Below are positions 28,036 to 37,728 of a stretch of 64,000 nt of DNA, piece after piece. Made by a program: the position numbers and the translations under genes. The stretch comes from an uncultured bacterium (GTDB lineage Bacteria > Verrucomicrobiota > Lentisphaeria > Victivallales > UBA1829), in NCBI GenBank assembly GCA_902802585.1, contig CADCMR010000009.1, positions 5,921 to 69,920 of the forward strand. Reading direction: 5' to 3'. Within the stretch, counting starts at the first letter, position 1. Each line of letters begins with the position of its first letter. The notes below the pieces were generated by a model. It was not told the origin of the DNA and ran no database searches. It saw nothing but the letters and a program-made list of their open reading frames with translations.

Positions 28036-29169
28036 ATGTTCATCTCCATGAAATCCGTCTCCGCCATCGTGGCGGGTATCTGCCTCGGCGCTGTCGCGTT
28101 CCAGGCCACCGCGCAGGACGATATCCCGCGTCTCCGCAAGGCCGCGGAAGGTCTCTTCCTGATCGGCAACGCGCTCCCGACCCGTGCGTTCAGCGACGTC
28201 ATCGCCTCCGACATCGCCGCACAGGACTTCAACCGTCTGACCTGCGAAAACGAAATGAAGTGGGATGCCACGGAACCCCAGGAAGGCCAGTTCCGCTTCG
28301 AAGCCGGCGACCAGCTCGTCGAATTCGCGCAGAAGCACGGCATGAAAGTCCACGGACACACGTTCCTCTGGCACTCCCAGACCCCGAACTGGGTCTTCCA
28401 GGATCCGAACGGCGGCCGCGCCAGCCGTGAGCTCGTCCTGAAGCGCCTCGAAAACCACATCCGCGCCCTCATGACCCACTGGAAAGGCAAAATCGACAGC
28501 TGGGACGTCTGCAACGAGTGCTACGAAGACGACGGCAGAGTCCGCGCTCCGGGCGGATTCGGCGGCAACTGGCGCCAGGCCATCGGCGACGACTACATGG
28601 AACAGGCGTTCAAGATCGCCGACAAAGTCGCCAAGGAAATCGGCGATGAAAAAGTCCTCCTCGTCTACAACGACTTCAACATGTACAAGCCCGGCAAGCG
28701 CGACGCCGTCGTGAAGATGGTCAACGACTTCAAGGCGAAAGGAATCAGAATCGACGCCATCGGCATGCAGGCCCACTGGCAGAGCAACGACGATCCGTCC
28801 ATCGAGACAATCGAAGCCGCGTTCAAGGCATACGCCTCCACCGGCTGCAAGATCATCATCTCCGAAATGGACATCAACACCCGCAACGGCTTCCGCAACA
28901 GCGGTCGCGGCCTCGAACGCGACGACAGCGTCCAGGGTAACGCCGACAGCTCCGCCGACGCCCTCGCGAAGCGCTATGCCGACGTCTTCGACCTCTTCGT
29001 GAAATATCACAAGGACATCTATGCGGTCACCCTCTGGGGTATCGGCGACAGCTGGTCCTGGCTTCGCGGCGGTCAGCCGCTGGTCTTCGACAACAACCTC
29101 GACCCGAAGCCCTGCTACTACTCCGTGCTCAAGTCCCTTCAGAAAGGCCAGGCGGCCCTCAAGAAGTAA
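28036..29169 (+). CDS. Secreted GH10 endo-1,4-beta-xylanase
   Basis: 377 aa with signal peptide. HGHTFLWHSQTPNWVF, WDVCNE (acid/base Glu) and IIISEMDI (nucleophile Glu). Confidence 0.92.
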   Translation: MFISMKSVSAIVAGICLGAVAFQATAQDDIPRLRKAAEGLFLIGNALPTRAFSDVIASDIAAQDFNRLTCENEMKWDATEPQEGQFRFEAGDQLVEFAQKHGMKVHGHTFLWHSQTPNWVFQDPNGGRASRELVLKRLENHIRALMTHWKGKIDSWDVCNECYEDDGRVRAPGGFGGNWRQAIGDDYMEQAFKIADKVAKEIGDEKVLLVYNDFNMYKPGKRDAVVKMVNDFKAKGIRIDAIGMQAHWQSNDDPSIETIEAAFKAYASTGCKIIISEMDINTRNGFRNSGRGLERDDSVQGNADSSADALAKRYADVFDLFVKYHKDIYAVTLWGIGDSWSWLRGGQPLVFDNNLDPKPCYYSVLKSLQKGQAALKK

Positions 29170-29201
29170 TTTGTCCGGACTTTTTTCCGACGCAAGTCAC
29201 C

Positions 29202-29234
29202 GGCGGTCTCCCTCTGCGGAGACCGCCTTTTTTT
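29202..29234 (+). terminator. Intrinsic terminator after the GH10 gene
   Basis: GGCGGTCTCC-ctctgc-GGAGACCGCC (perfect 10-bp stem) followed by TTTTTTT. Confidence 0.85.
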
Positions 29235-29256
29235 CGCGAAAAAACGCGTTTTTTCC

Positions 29257-29286
29257 TTGAAAATCGCCGAAATCATGGCATATTAT
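29257..29286 (+). promoter_or_regulatory. Putative carB promoter
   Basis: TTGAAA-18 nt-TATTAT (or CATATT at 16 nt). Immediately preceded by the palindrome GAAAAAACGCGTTTTTTC (29238-29255). Confidence 0.5.
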
Positions 29287-29338
29287 TTCAATTTGGTTTT
29301 TTGAGAATTTGTCAACGTCAAAACACGGAGATACCACA

Positions 29339-32300
29339 ATGGCGAAGCGGCAAGACATTAAAAAAATCCTCATCATCGGCTCCGGTCCGATCATCATCGG
29401 TCAGGCCTGTGAATTCGATTATTCCGGCACCCAGGCTTGCAAAGCGCTCAGAAAAGCCGGCTACGAGGTCGTCCTTGTCAACTCGAACCCTGCCACCATC
29501 ATGACCGACCCCGGCATGGCGGATCACACCTACATCGAACCGCTCACCGTCCAGGGCGTCGAGCGCGTGATCAAGCGCGAGCGTCCGGACGCGCTGCTGC
29601 CGAACCTCGGCGGTCAGACCGCCCTGAACCTCTCCTCCAGCCTCGCCGAAGCCGGTGTCCTCGCCAAATACGGCGTGCAGGTCATCGGCGTGGACCTCGA
29701 CGCCATCAAGCGCGGCGAAGACCGCATTGAGTTCAAGAAGACCATGGCGAAGCTCGGCGTCCCCGTGCCGGAATCCGCCCCAGCCAACTCCGTCGAGGAA
29801 GGCGAAGCCATCGCCGCTCGCATCGGATACCCCGTCGTGCTCCGTCCCGCCTACACCATGGGCGGCACCGGCAGCGGCATCGTGTATAATGTGGAAGAGC
29901 TACGCCAGGTCATGGCGCGCGGCCTCGCAGCCAGTCTGATCCACGAAGTCCTCGTCGAGCAGTGCGTGCTCGGCTGGGAAGAGCTCGAGCTCGAAGTCGT
30001 CCGCGACGAGAAGGGTCAGAAGATCACCGTCTGCTTCATCGAAAACGTCGACCCGATGGGCGTCCACACCGGCGACAGCTTCTGCGTCGCCCCTATGCTC
30101 ACCGTCTCCAAGGAAGTCCAGGAAAAGCTCCAGGACTACTCCTACCGCATCATCGACGCCATCGGCGTGACCGGCGGAACGAACGTCCAGTTCGCGCACA
30201 ACCGCAAGGACGGTCGCATCGTCGTCATCGAGATCAATCCACGTACCTCGCGTTCCTCCGCCCTCGCCTCGAAGGCGACCGGCTTCCCGATTGCCCACGT
30301 CTCCACGCTTCTTGCCACCGGCATCACGCTCGACGAGATTCCGTACTGGCGCGACGGCTCGCTTGAGAAGTACACGCCGAGCGGAGACTACGTGGTTGTG
30401 AAGTTCGCCCGCTGGGCTTTCGAGAAGTTCCCGCAGGCGAAGGACGCCCTCGGGACCCAGATGAAGGCCGTCGGCGAAGTCATGTCCATCGGCAAGAACT
30501 TCAAGGAAGCCTTCCAGAAGGCGATCCGCTCGCTCGAGATCGGCCGCAGCGGCCCGGGCCTTGATGCCAAGCTCGCCGCCCTCTCCATGGACCAGCTCCG
30601 CGAGAAGATCCGCACGCCGAACAGCAAGCGCTTCTTCATGATCTACGAATTTCTCCGCCGCGGCGGCACGGTCGACGAGGTCGTCGGCATGTCCTTCATC
30701 ACGCGCTACTTCATCGAGCAGATGGCGGAGCTCGCGCAGTTCGAGGGCGAACTCCAGAAGTTCAGCTTCATGTCCCTCCCGGACGACATGCTCGTCCAGG
30801 CAAAGCGCGACGGATTCTCCGACAAGTACCTCGCCAAGCTCTTCTCCGTCAGTGAACGCACCGTCCGCGAACGCCGTATCAAGCTCGGCGTGGTCGCGGC
30901 CTATTGCAAGGTCCCGGTCAGCGGCGTCGAGAACGCCTGCTACTACTATTCGACCTACCAGAACGTTCCGGACGAGGTCGAAGTCTCCAGCAACAAGAAG
31001 ATCATGATCCTCGGCGGCGGCCCGAACCGCATCGGCCAGGGCATTGAGTTCGACTACACCTGCGTCCATGCCGCGTTCGCGCTCCGCGACAACGGCTATG
31101 AATCCATCATGGTCAACTGCAACCCCGAGACCGTCTCCACCGACTACGACACCAGCGACAAGCTCTTTTTCGAGCCGCTCACGACCGAGGACGTGCTCTC
31201 GATCTACGCCAAGGAGAAACCCTATGGCGTGATCGTGCAGTTCGGCGGTCAGACCCCGCTCAACATCGCGCAGGAGCTCAAGGACAACGGCGTGAACATC
31301 CTCGGCACCCAGCCGGAGGGCATCCGCCTCGCCGAAGACCGCGAATACTTCCGCGAACGCATGATCGCCCTGAACATCCTCCAGCCGCGCAGCGCCACCA
31401 GCAAGTCCCTCGAAGAGGCGGTGAAGATCGCCAACGAGATCGGCTACCCCGTTATGGTCCGTCCTTCCTTCGTGCTCGGCGGCCGCGGCATGGAAGTCAT
31501 CTATGATGAGGCTACGCTCCGCCGCTACGCAGTCGAATCCCTCCAGGTCAGCCCCGAATACCCGATGCTGATCGACCGCTTCCTCGACAACGCCATCGAA
31601 TGCGAAGTCGACGCCATCGCGGACGGCAACGAGACCTACGTCGCCGCCATCATGGAACACGTCGAACTCGCCGGCATCCACTCCGGCGACTCCGCCTGCA
31701 CCATCCCGCCGATCACCATCCCGGAAAAACACCAGAAGACCATCGAGGAATACACCGCGAAGATCGCCAAGGACTTCAAGGTTGACGGCATCATGAACGT
31801 CCAGTACGCCATCTGCGAGGACGAGGTGTACATCATCGAGGCAAACCCGCGCGCCTCCCGCACCGTGCCCATCATCTCCAAGGTTACGGGCGTCCCGCTC
31901 GCGCGCGTCGCCACCGAACTCATGCTCGGCAAGAAGATCTCCCAGTTCAAGCTCCCGAAGACCGGTGTCACACCGTTCGTCGCCGTCAAGGAGGCCGTCC
32001 TGCCGTTCAACATGTTCCCGGAAGTCGACCCGATCCTCGGACCGGAAATGCGCGCCACGGGTGAAGTCATGGGCATCGCCGACAACTTCGGCACCGCGTT
32101 CTTCAAGGCGGAGGCCGCCTCCGGATGCAGCCTGCCCACCGAGGGTACCGTGCTGATCTCCGTCAGCCGCCACTACCGCAAGTACCTGCTCCCGATCGCG
32201 CAGAAGATCCAGAAGCTCGGATTCGACATCCTCGCCACCGAAGGCACCTCCGCCTTCCTCAACGAGAACGGCATTCCGAATACCGTCGTCTGCAAGCTCG

Positions 32301-32539
32301 GCGAGGGGCGTCCCGACGTGCTCGACATGATCAAGAACAACAAGATCCAGCTCATCATCAATACGCCGATCGGACGCGAGGGCAAAGTCGACGACAGCTA
32401 CATTCGCCGCAGCGCCATCCAGAACCGCATCCCGTACATGACGACCATCGCCGCCGCCAACGCGACCGCGATCGGCATTGAGGCTGTCCGCGCGAACGCC
32501 GACAAGGAACCCAAGTCCCTGCAGGAATACCATAAGTGA
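29339..32539 (+). CDS. carB: Carbamoyl-phosphate synthase large subunit
   Basis: 1066 aa from ATG 29339 (the track's TTG at 29309 is less likely). KKILIIGSGPIIIGQACEFDYSGTQA; second half KKIMILGGGPNRIGQGIEFDY; MGS-like C-terminus. No carA adjacent. Confidence 0.97.
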   Translation: MAKRQDIKKILIIGSGPIIIGQACEFDYSGTQACKALRKAGYEVVLVNSNPATIMTDPGMADHTYIEPLTVQGVERVIKRERPDALLPNLGGQTALNLSSSLAEAGVLAKYGVQVIGVDLDAIKRGEDRIEFKKTMAKLGVPVPESAPANSVEEGEAIAARIGYPVVLRPAYTMGGTGSGIVYNVEELRQVMARGLAASLIHEVLVEQCVLGWEELELEVVRDEKGQKITVCFIENVDPMGVHTGDSFCVAPMLTVSKEVQEKLQDYSYRIIDAIGVTGGTNVQFAHNRKDGRIVVIEINPRTSRSSALASKATGFPIAHVSTLLATGITLDEIPYWRDGSLEKYTPSGDYVVVKFARWAFEKFPQAKDALGTQMKAVGEVMSIGKNFKEAFQKAIRSLEIGRSGPGLDAKLAALSMDQLREKIRTPNSKRFFMIYEFLRRGGTVDEVVGMSFITRYFIEQMAELAQFEGELQKFSFMSLPDDMLVQAKRDGFSDKYLAKLFSVSERTVRERRIKLGVVAAYCKVPVSGVENACYYYSTYQNVPDEVEVSSNKKIMILGGGPNRIGQGIEFDYTCVHAAFALRDNGYESIMVNCNPETVSTDYDTSDKLFFEPLTTEDVLSIYAKEKPYGVIVQFGGQTPLNIAQELKDNGVNILGTQPEGIRLAEDREYFRERMIALNILQPRSATSKSLEEAVKIANEIGYPVMVRPSFVLGGRGMEVIYDEATLRRYAVESLQVSPEYPMLIDRFLDNAIECEVDAIADGNETYVAAIMEHVELAGIHSGDSACTIPPITIPEKHQKTIEEYTAKIAKDFKVDGIMNVQYAICEDEVYIIEANPRASRTVPIISKVTGVPLARVATELMLGKKISQFKLPKTGVTPFVAVKEAVLPFNMFPEVDPILGPEMRATGEVMGIADNFGTAFFKAEAASGCSLPTEGTVLISVSRHYRKYLLPIAQKIQKLGFDILATEGTSAFLNENGIPNTVVCKLGEGRPDVLDMIKNNKIQLIINTPIGREGKVDDSYIRRSAIQNRIPYMTTIAAANATAIGIEAVRANADKEPKSLQEYHK

Positions 32540-32563
32540 TCTGACCGAGGGGGACTCCGGACC

Positions 32564-33679
32564 ATGGCCGACAGAATCTGGCTCGAAATCGACCTCGGCG
32601 CGTTGCAGCGCAACTACCGTACGCTCGCAAGGTCGATTTCGCCCGCCGCCCTCTTCCCGGTCATCAAGGCGGATTCCTACAACCTGGGCGCGGTCGAGGT
32701 CGCGCGGTCGCTGTGCGACTACGCCCCGACGTTCTGCGTGGCGACGCCTTCGGAAGCCCTCAAGATCATCTCCTTCGGAAAAAACGTCCGTCTGCTCGGC
32801 GCTCTGCTGAATACCGAGATCGCTGACGTCGTGCATTTCGGCATGGTCCCGAGCATCCCGTCGCTCGAAGTCGCGCGGATGCTCAGCGAGGAGGCGGTCC
32901 GCCAGCGCCGCACGCTCGACGTGATGATCAAGCTCGACACCGGCATGGGCCGCCTGGGGCTTCTCCCCGAAGAGGCCCCGGACGCCATCGCGAAGATCGC
33001 CGCGCTCCCCAACATCCGCTGCACCGACATCTTCTCGCATTTCCCCGTCGGCTACAAGATCGACCACCCCATGACCCGCGAACAGCTCCGGCTGTTCCGT
33101 TATGTGCTGGACGCCGTCGCCGAACGCCATATCATGATCCCGAACGTGCATTTCGCGAACAGCGACGCCATCGGCTGCCTGCACGAAGCCGTCCGGACGC
33201 CCTACAACTGCGCGCGCGTCGGCATCTCGCTGTACGGCTTCTCCCCCGATCCGAAGCTCGCCTCCTGCCTCGAACCGGTCGTCTCCTGCTATTCCCACGT
33301 GATCGCCGTCCGCCGTCTCCCGAAAGGCCACAACGTCGGCTACGAATGCACCTGCACGTTGACCGAGGACACCGACATCGCGCTCATTTCCGCGGGCTAC
33401 GCCGACGGTCTCCCGCTCCAGCTTTCCAACCACGCGGAATTCCTCATCCGCGGACGCCGCTGCCCCGTGCTCGGACGCGTCTGCATGGACTATACGATGG
33501 TCTCACTCGCCCCGCTCGGCGGCGAACTCCCCGATCAGGGCGAGATCGTCACGCTCATCGGCTCCGACATGGGCGAAACCGTCTCCCCCGAGGAATGGGC
33601 GAAGCTCAAAGGCACGCACGTCTACGACATCCTCTGTTCGTTCGGCGGTCGCATGGAACGCCGCTACGTCGCGCGGTAA
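32564..33679 (+). CDS. alr: Alanine racemase
   Basis: 371 aa: FPVIKADSYNLGAVEVAR (PLP-Lys region) ... GRVCMDYTMV. Confidence 0.88.
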   Translation: MADRIWLEIDLGALQRNYRTLARSISPAALFPVIKADSYNLGAVEVARSLCDYAPTFCVATPSEALKIISFGKNVRLLGALLNTEIADVVHFGMVPSIPSLEVARMLSEEAVRQRRTLDVMIKLDTGMGRLGLLPEEAPDAIAKIAALPNIRCTDIFSHFPVGYKIDHPMTREQLRLFRYVLDAVAERHIMIPNVHFANSDAIGCLHEAVRTPYNCARVGISLYGFSPDPKLASCLEPVVSCYSHVIAVRRLPKGHNVGYECTCTLTEDTDIALISAGYADGLPLQLSNHAEFLIRGRRCPVLGRVCMDYTMVSLAPLGGELPDQGEIVTLIGSDMGETVSPEEWAKLKGTHVYDILCSFGGRMERRYVAR

Positions 33680-33760
33680 TGGCCAGGATTCAATCCAATG
33701 GGGGCTCAAACTGCGCCTGAGCATCATCATTTTTTTTGCAATCCGTTTTTTTTATTCAGG

Positions 33761-33788
33761 TTGTTTTTTCGGCGTTTTGTGATATAGT
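33761..33788 (+). promoter_or_regulatory. Putative promoter
   Basis: TTGTTT-16 nt-TATAGT in a T-rich island upstream of the gene at 33821. Confidence 0.4.
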
Positions 33789-33820
33789 ATGGGAATAAAA
33801 CGATCATACGGAGACTGGAA

Positions 33821-34663
33821 ATGAACTGGAAAAAAATACTGATCCGCAATATCCTCTTTGCCGTGCTCGTCATAGCGGCGGGATTCTATTGCACCGGCTG
33901 CTGCTGGGCGATAACCGAAAAAACGTGGGATCGCCTTGGATCCGAGAACGCGTCCGTCACAAACCGTTATTACGAGTATACCCCCGACCGGAGCGAGATC
34001 GTCTTTTCCGGCAAGAAACGAACGAAGCATTACGTATGGCCGTTCCTCACCGCGTTCGACGTGACCTGGAATACGTACGAACCGGTTGAAAAGCGCATCC
34101 CCATGGAACCCGTCCCGGAGAACCTGATCCGCCTTAACCTGGAGGCGGTCCCCGATCCCGCCGCGCTCCGCGCCCACAACATCCTGCGGGAGTGGATGCC
34201 GGGCGAGAATCAGTTCGACAATACCGTGGAACTCACCCGGGACGGAACCGTTCTTCCCGTAAAACACCTGTCGTCCATTCAGCCGGACGACACGCTCCGG
34301 ATGCGAGTTCATCCCGACGACCTGCCGCTTCTGTCCGAACCGTGCGTGGTCAGTCTGGTGCCGGACTACCATGCGATGGTCCTGCTGTTCCCGTACGTGC
34401 AGGAAGGCGACCGCCGCGAAGTGCTGACCCGCATTGACGATTTCGCCGACAACCTTTCCGTGTTTGCGGAGGAATTCGAGGATGAAGCGAAACAGGACAA
34501 CGAAGACCCGATCGGAACGCTCGGGTACTGCTGGAAATACTTCTGGCTTCCCTCGGCGGCGGTCACGGACATCCTGATCACGACGCCCTGTTCCTGGGTG
34601 GTAAAAGGCGCGGCGACCGTTTCTCTGTTCGGCGGGCTTGTCGCACACGGCGACGAGCTGTGA
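33821..34663 (+). CDS. Hypothetical membrane-anchored protein
   Basis: 280 aa. N-terminal TM (ILFAVLVIAAGFYCTGCCW) and a C-terminal hydrophobic segment. GGAG RBS. Preferred over the antisense ORF 33752-34648. I recognise no family. Confidence 0.5.
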   Translation: MNWKKILIRNILFAVLVIAAGFYCTGCCWAITEKTWDRLGSENASVTNRYYEYTPDRSEIVFSGKKRTKHYVWPFLTAFDVTWNTYEPVEKRIPMEPVPENLIRLNLEAVPDPAALRAHNILREWMPGENQFDNTVELTRDGTVLPVKHLSSIQPDDTLRMRVHPDDLPLLSEPCVVSLVPDYHAMVLLFPYVQEGDRREVLTRIDDFADNLSVFAEEFEDEAKQDNEDPIGTLGYCWKYFWLPSAAVTDILITTPCSWVVKGAATVSLFGGLVAHGDEL

Positions 34664-34729
34664 AGAAAAGCGGGCGCCCGTGCCCGGGCATAGCCGGGCA
34701 CATCTTCAGCACTGCTTGCGGTGTTTTCC

Positions 34730-34758
34730 TTGACTTTCCGCGGTACGGGTAGTATATT
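34730..34758 (+). promoter_or_regulatory. Putative promoter of the sigma factor gene
   Basis: TTGACT-17 nt-TATATT. Confidence 0.55.
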
Positions 34759-34863
34759 TATGGCAGAAACGCGGGAGGCAAAGCCTCCACCGCTGCAGTG
34801 CCGTGCTTCGCAACGGCACGGGATTCGCATCACATACTAGACTTCGAATACCGGCACGACATC

Positions 34864-36264
34864 ATGGCTAGAAAGATACAGGCCCGGACAAAAACGGAAA
34901 AAACCGTTGCTTCGGATTCTCCGAAGCGGGGTACCGTCGCGCCCGGGTTCGAGACCAGCGAAGAAGCGGTCTTCCATCAGCTGTACGACCCCGGCTGCAC
35001 GCCGCTCGCACCCGCCGAGGAGGAATCCGTCTGGAGCGAGATCGACGCCCGGATGCAGGAGATCCGTTCGTGCCTGGCGCAGTTCCTTTTCGTGCTGGAG
35101 GAACACGAACGCGTCGTGGACCTCTGCCGGACGCCCGACGTCGTGACCTCGCTCTTCGTGGAATCCAAGCTGCCCGACGCCATCCGCGGGAATCTGCCGT
35201 CCGCGCTGCCCGCCCTGCTGAAATGGAAGGCGGAGATTGCGGCGTTCCGCAAGGAGCTGACCGGGTTTTACGACTCGCTCCGTTTCAAGAAGAAATCCGA
35301 CCGCGAAGCGATGTGGGCGCGTTCCCGCGAACTCCTCATGCGCTATCCTGTCTCCACGCTGAAAGTCAAGGAGTGGTACCACGTGGCGTCCTCCTGGTGC
35401 ACCACGCCGGAATCGCCCGCCATGGACGAACAATTCCGCAGGAACCTGATGCCGGACCGCGCGCTCTGTCTGTCCGTCTACCGGACGATGAAGGAGGCGT
35501 TTGAGCAGATGGAACAGCTCCGCCAGCGCATCCTGTATTCGCATCTGCGGCTCGTGATCAGCATCGCGAAACAGTCCTGCAACCAGTCTCAGCAGCTGAT
35601 CGACGTCGTGCAGGAGGGCAACATCGGGCTTGTGAAGGCGCTCGACCGGTTCGACAGCAGCCTCGGCCACAGATTCTCCACCTACGCCACGTGGTGGATC
35701 CGCCACGAGATCATGCGCGCGCTGGCGCGCCAGACCCGCGTGATCCGCATCCCCCAGCATATGCTCGCGACCATTTCGCGCATCAACCGTGCGGAACAGG
35801 CATACGTCAAGCGGTACGGCGTGGAGCCTACGGTGGAGGACCTGGCGGCGGAACTGGAAATGCCGAAGGCGCGCATCCACGCCATCCGGCAGATGGCGCG
35901 CCAGCAGATTTCATTGCAGGCTCCGCTTCATTCCAACGCGCTTTCCGAGGATTCCGATATCACGCAGGAGGATCGGTTCGGCACGCCCTCCGACAGCGAG
36001 GATTTCAACCCGGAACAGCACCTGTCGTTCCAGTTCCTCCGCGACGTCGTTCACAAGGCTGTCGACGGTCTCCCCGAACGTGATCGCAAGTTCGTTCAGA
36101 TGCGGTTCGGGCTGGACGGCTACGAACCGATGAGCATCCGGCAGATCGCCGAGGAGTTCCACCTGACGCGCGAACGCATCCGCCAGATCGAAAACAGCGT
36201 GTTCGAGAAATTGCGCCGGAGCAATCCCGAACTGGCGTCCCACTGGCAGGATTCGCTCTACTGA
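34864..36264 (+). CDS. RNA polymerase sigma-70 family factor (group 1/2, RpoD-like) with long divergent N-terminal half
   Basis: 466 aa from ATG 34864: LRLVISIAKQ...DVVQEGNIGLVKALDRFDSSLGHRFSTYATWWIRHEIMRALARQTRVIRIPQHM; region 4.2 IRQIAEEFHLTRERIRQIE. Confidence 0.85.
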   Translation: MARKIQARTKTEKTVASDSPKRGTVAPGFETSEEAVFHQLYDPGCTPLAPAEEESVWSEIDARMQEIRSCLAQFLFVLEEHERVVDLCRTPDVVTSLFVESKLPDAIRGNLPSALPALLKWKAEIAAFRKELTGFYDSLRFKKKSDREAMWARSRELLMRYPVSTLKVKEWYHVASSWCTTPESPAMDEQFRRNLMPDRALCLSVYRTMKEAFEQMEQLRQRILYSHLRLVISIAKQSCNQSQQLIDVVQEGNIGLVKALDRFDSSLGHRFSTYATWWIRHEIMRALARQTRVIRIPQHMLATISRINRAEQAYVKRYGVEPTVEDLAAELEMPKARIHAIRQMARQQISLQAPLHSNALSEDSDITQEDRFGTPSDSEDFNPEQHLSFQFLRDVVHKAVDGLPERDRKFVQMRFGLDGYEPMSIRQIAEEFHLTRERIRQIENSVFEKLRRSNPELASHWQDSLY

Positions 36265-36310
36265 GTCCGCATTTCCCGTCCCGTCTTCCCATTTTTTTGC
36301 CCTCGTTTCC

Positions 36311-36334
36311 GCCGGAAAAACGCGTTTTTCCGGC
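36311..36334. repeat. Perfect 24-nt palindrome GCCGGAAAAACGCGTTTTTCCGGC (hairpin; possible terminator, UP-like element or operator)
   Basis: Read directly from the sequence. It lies 47 nt after the sigma gene stop and 7 nt before the -35 of the next promoter. Confidence 0.9.
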
Positions 36335-36341
36335 AAACGAT

Positions 36342-36370
36342 TTGAATTTTTATGAAATATGCTGTATATT
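36342..36370 (+). promoter_or_regulatory. Putative promoter of the aminotransferase / methyltransferase genes
   Basis: TTGAAT-17 nt-TATATT. Confidence 0.55.
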
Positions 36371-36422
36371 AATAGGATTTGTCTAAAAATCAATCAATTC
36401 AGCATAGGACCCTGTCCCAGAG

Positions 36423-37700
36423 ATGGATAACTATTCCGAACAGTCCGCGGAACGCCTGAGGGAGATTCAGGCGGACCTTGAACGCCAGTATGCCGGATAT
36501 AAGGCCCGCAACCTCAAGCTCGACATGTCCCGCGGGAAGCCATCCGGCAGCCAGCTCGACCTGACGAACGGCATCCTGGACCGCCTCGACGGCTACATGG
36601 TCGAGGGCGGCATCGACGCGCGCAACTACGGCTGTCTGGAAGGCATCCACGAGGCGCGCAAGCTCTTCTCCGAGCTGCTCGGCATCCCGCGCGACCGCCT
36701 CATGATCGGCGGCAACTCCAGCCTGAACATGATGTACGACACGATCGTGCGCCACTGGGTTTTCGGCACGCACGGGTACATGCCGTGGGGACGCCTCCCT
36801 ATCGTCAAATTCCTCTGCCCGTGCCCCGGCTACGACCGCCATTTCGCGATCTGCGAGGACCTCGGCATCGAAATGATCCCGGTTCCGATGACCCCTACCG
36901 GTCCCGACATGGACATCGTCGAGAAGCTCGCCGGTTCCGACGAAGCCGTGAAGGGCATCTGGTGCGTCCCGCTGTACTCCAATCCGCAGGGCGTGTGCTA
37001 CTCCGACGAGACGGTCGACCGTCTCGCTTCCATGCACACCGCCGCGCCCGATTTCCGCATCTTCTGGGACAACGCCTACGGCGTGCACCACATCTACGAG
37101 GAATGCCATCTGAAGGACATCTTCGCGAGCGCCGACGACGCGGGCAACCCCGAACGCGTCTATTATTTCTTCTCCACCTCGAAGATCACGTTCCCCGGCG
37201 CCGGCGTGGCGCTGCTCGCCACAGGATCCGGCAACTTCGCCGAACTGAAGCACCACATGAGCATCCAGACCATCGGCCCGGACAAGCTCAACCAGCTCCG
37301 CACCGTGCGTTACCTGAAGAGCGCCGAGGGCGTCCGCGAGCACATGCGCGTCCTGGCGCGCGAACTCCGCCCGAAATTCGACCTTGTGCTCGACACGCTC
37401 GACCGCGAGCTTGCCGGGACCGGACTTGCCTTCTGGATGCGTCCGAAGGGAGGCTACTTCATCGCCCTCGACACCATGCCCGGCTGCGCGACGCAGGTCA
37501 TCGAGCTCGCCAAAAACGCAGGCGTCAAACTGACAGGTCCCGGCTCGACCTTCCCGCTGCACCATGATCCGCTCGACCGCAACATCCGCATCGCGCCCTC
37601 CTATCCGCCGCTCGACGAGCTGAAGACCGCCATCGAGCTCTTCTGCGTCTGCGTGAAGCTCGCCGGCGTCCGGAAACTCCTCGCGGAAAAACTTGCCTGA
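36423..37700 (+). CDS. Class I/II PLP-dependent aminotransferase
   Basis: 425 aa: LDMSRGKPSGSQLDL N-terminal block and FSTSKITFPGAGV (PLP-Lys region). Confidence 0.78.
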   Translation: MDNYSEQSAERLREIQADLERQYAGYKARNLKLDMSRGKPSGSQLDLTNGILDRLDGYMVEGGIDARNYGCLEGIHEARKLFSELLGIPRDRLMIGGNSSLNMMYDTIVRHWVFGTHGYMPWGRLPIVKFLCPCPGYDRHFAICEDLGIEMIPVPMTPTGPDMDIVEKLAGSDEAVKGIWCVPLYSNPQGVCYSDETVDRLASMHTAAPDFRIFWDNAYGVHHIYEECHLKDIFASADDAGNPERVYYFFSTSKITFPGAGVALLATGSGNFAELKHHMSIQTIGPDKLNQLRTVRYLKSAEGVREHMRVLARELRPKFDLVLDTLDRELAGTGLAFWMRPKGGYFIALDTMPGCATQVIELAKNAGVKLTGPGSTFPLHHDPLDRNIRIAPSYPPLDELKTAIELFCVCVKLAGVRKLLAEKLA

Positions 37701-37728
37701 ACGTATCTTTTTCCATCCGGCGGACGCC

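Noticed and set aside
29900-33433. 1177-aa ORF antisense to carB/alr. Similar long antisense ORFs occur at 26107-29010, 11627-13804, 16673-18307, 18317-20443, 21394-23022, 40021-41598, 43221-44762, 44690-46504, 60126-62177, 54380-55453 and others.
   Set aside because: Each lies opposite a gene with unmistakable conserved motifs. Their translations are R/G/A/D/V/H-dominated with no recognisable domains, RBS or promoter. Long stop-free antisense frames are expected in GC-rich DNA with strong GC3 bias.
36311-36334. Perfect 24-nt palindrome considered as a terminal inverted repeat or MITE remnant.
   Set aside because: There is no second copy of the exact sequence, no target-site duplication and no transposase in the window. 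Related but non-identical A/T-tract palindromes sit at promoter-proximal positions, which fits a regulatory or structural role instead.
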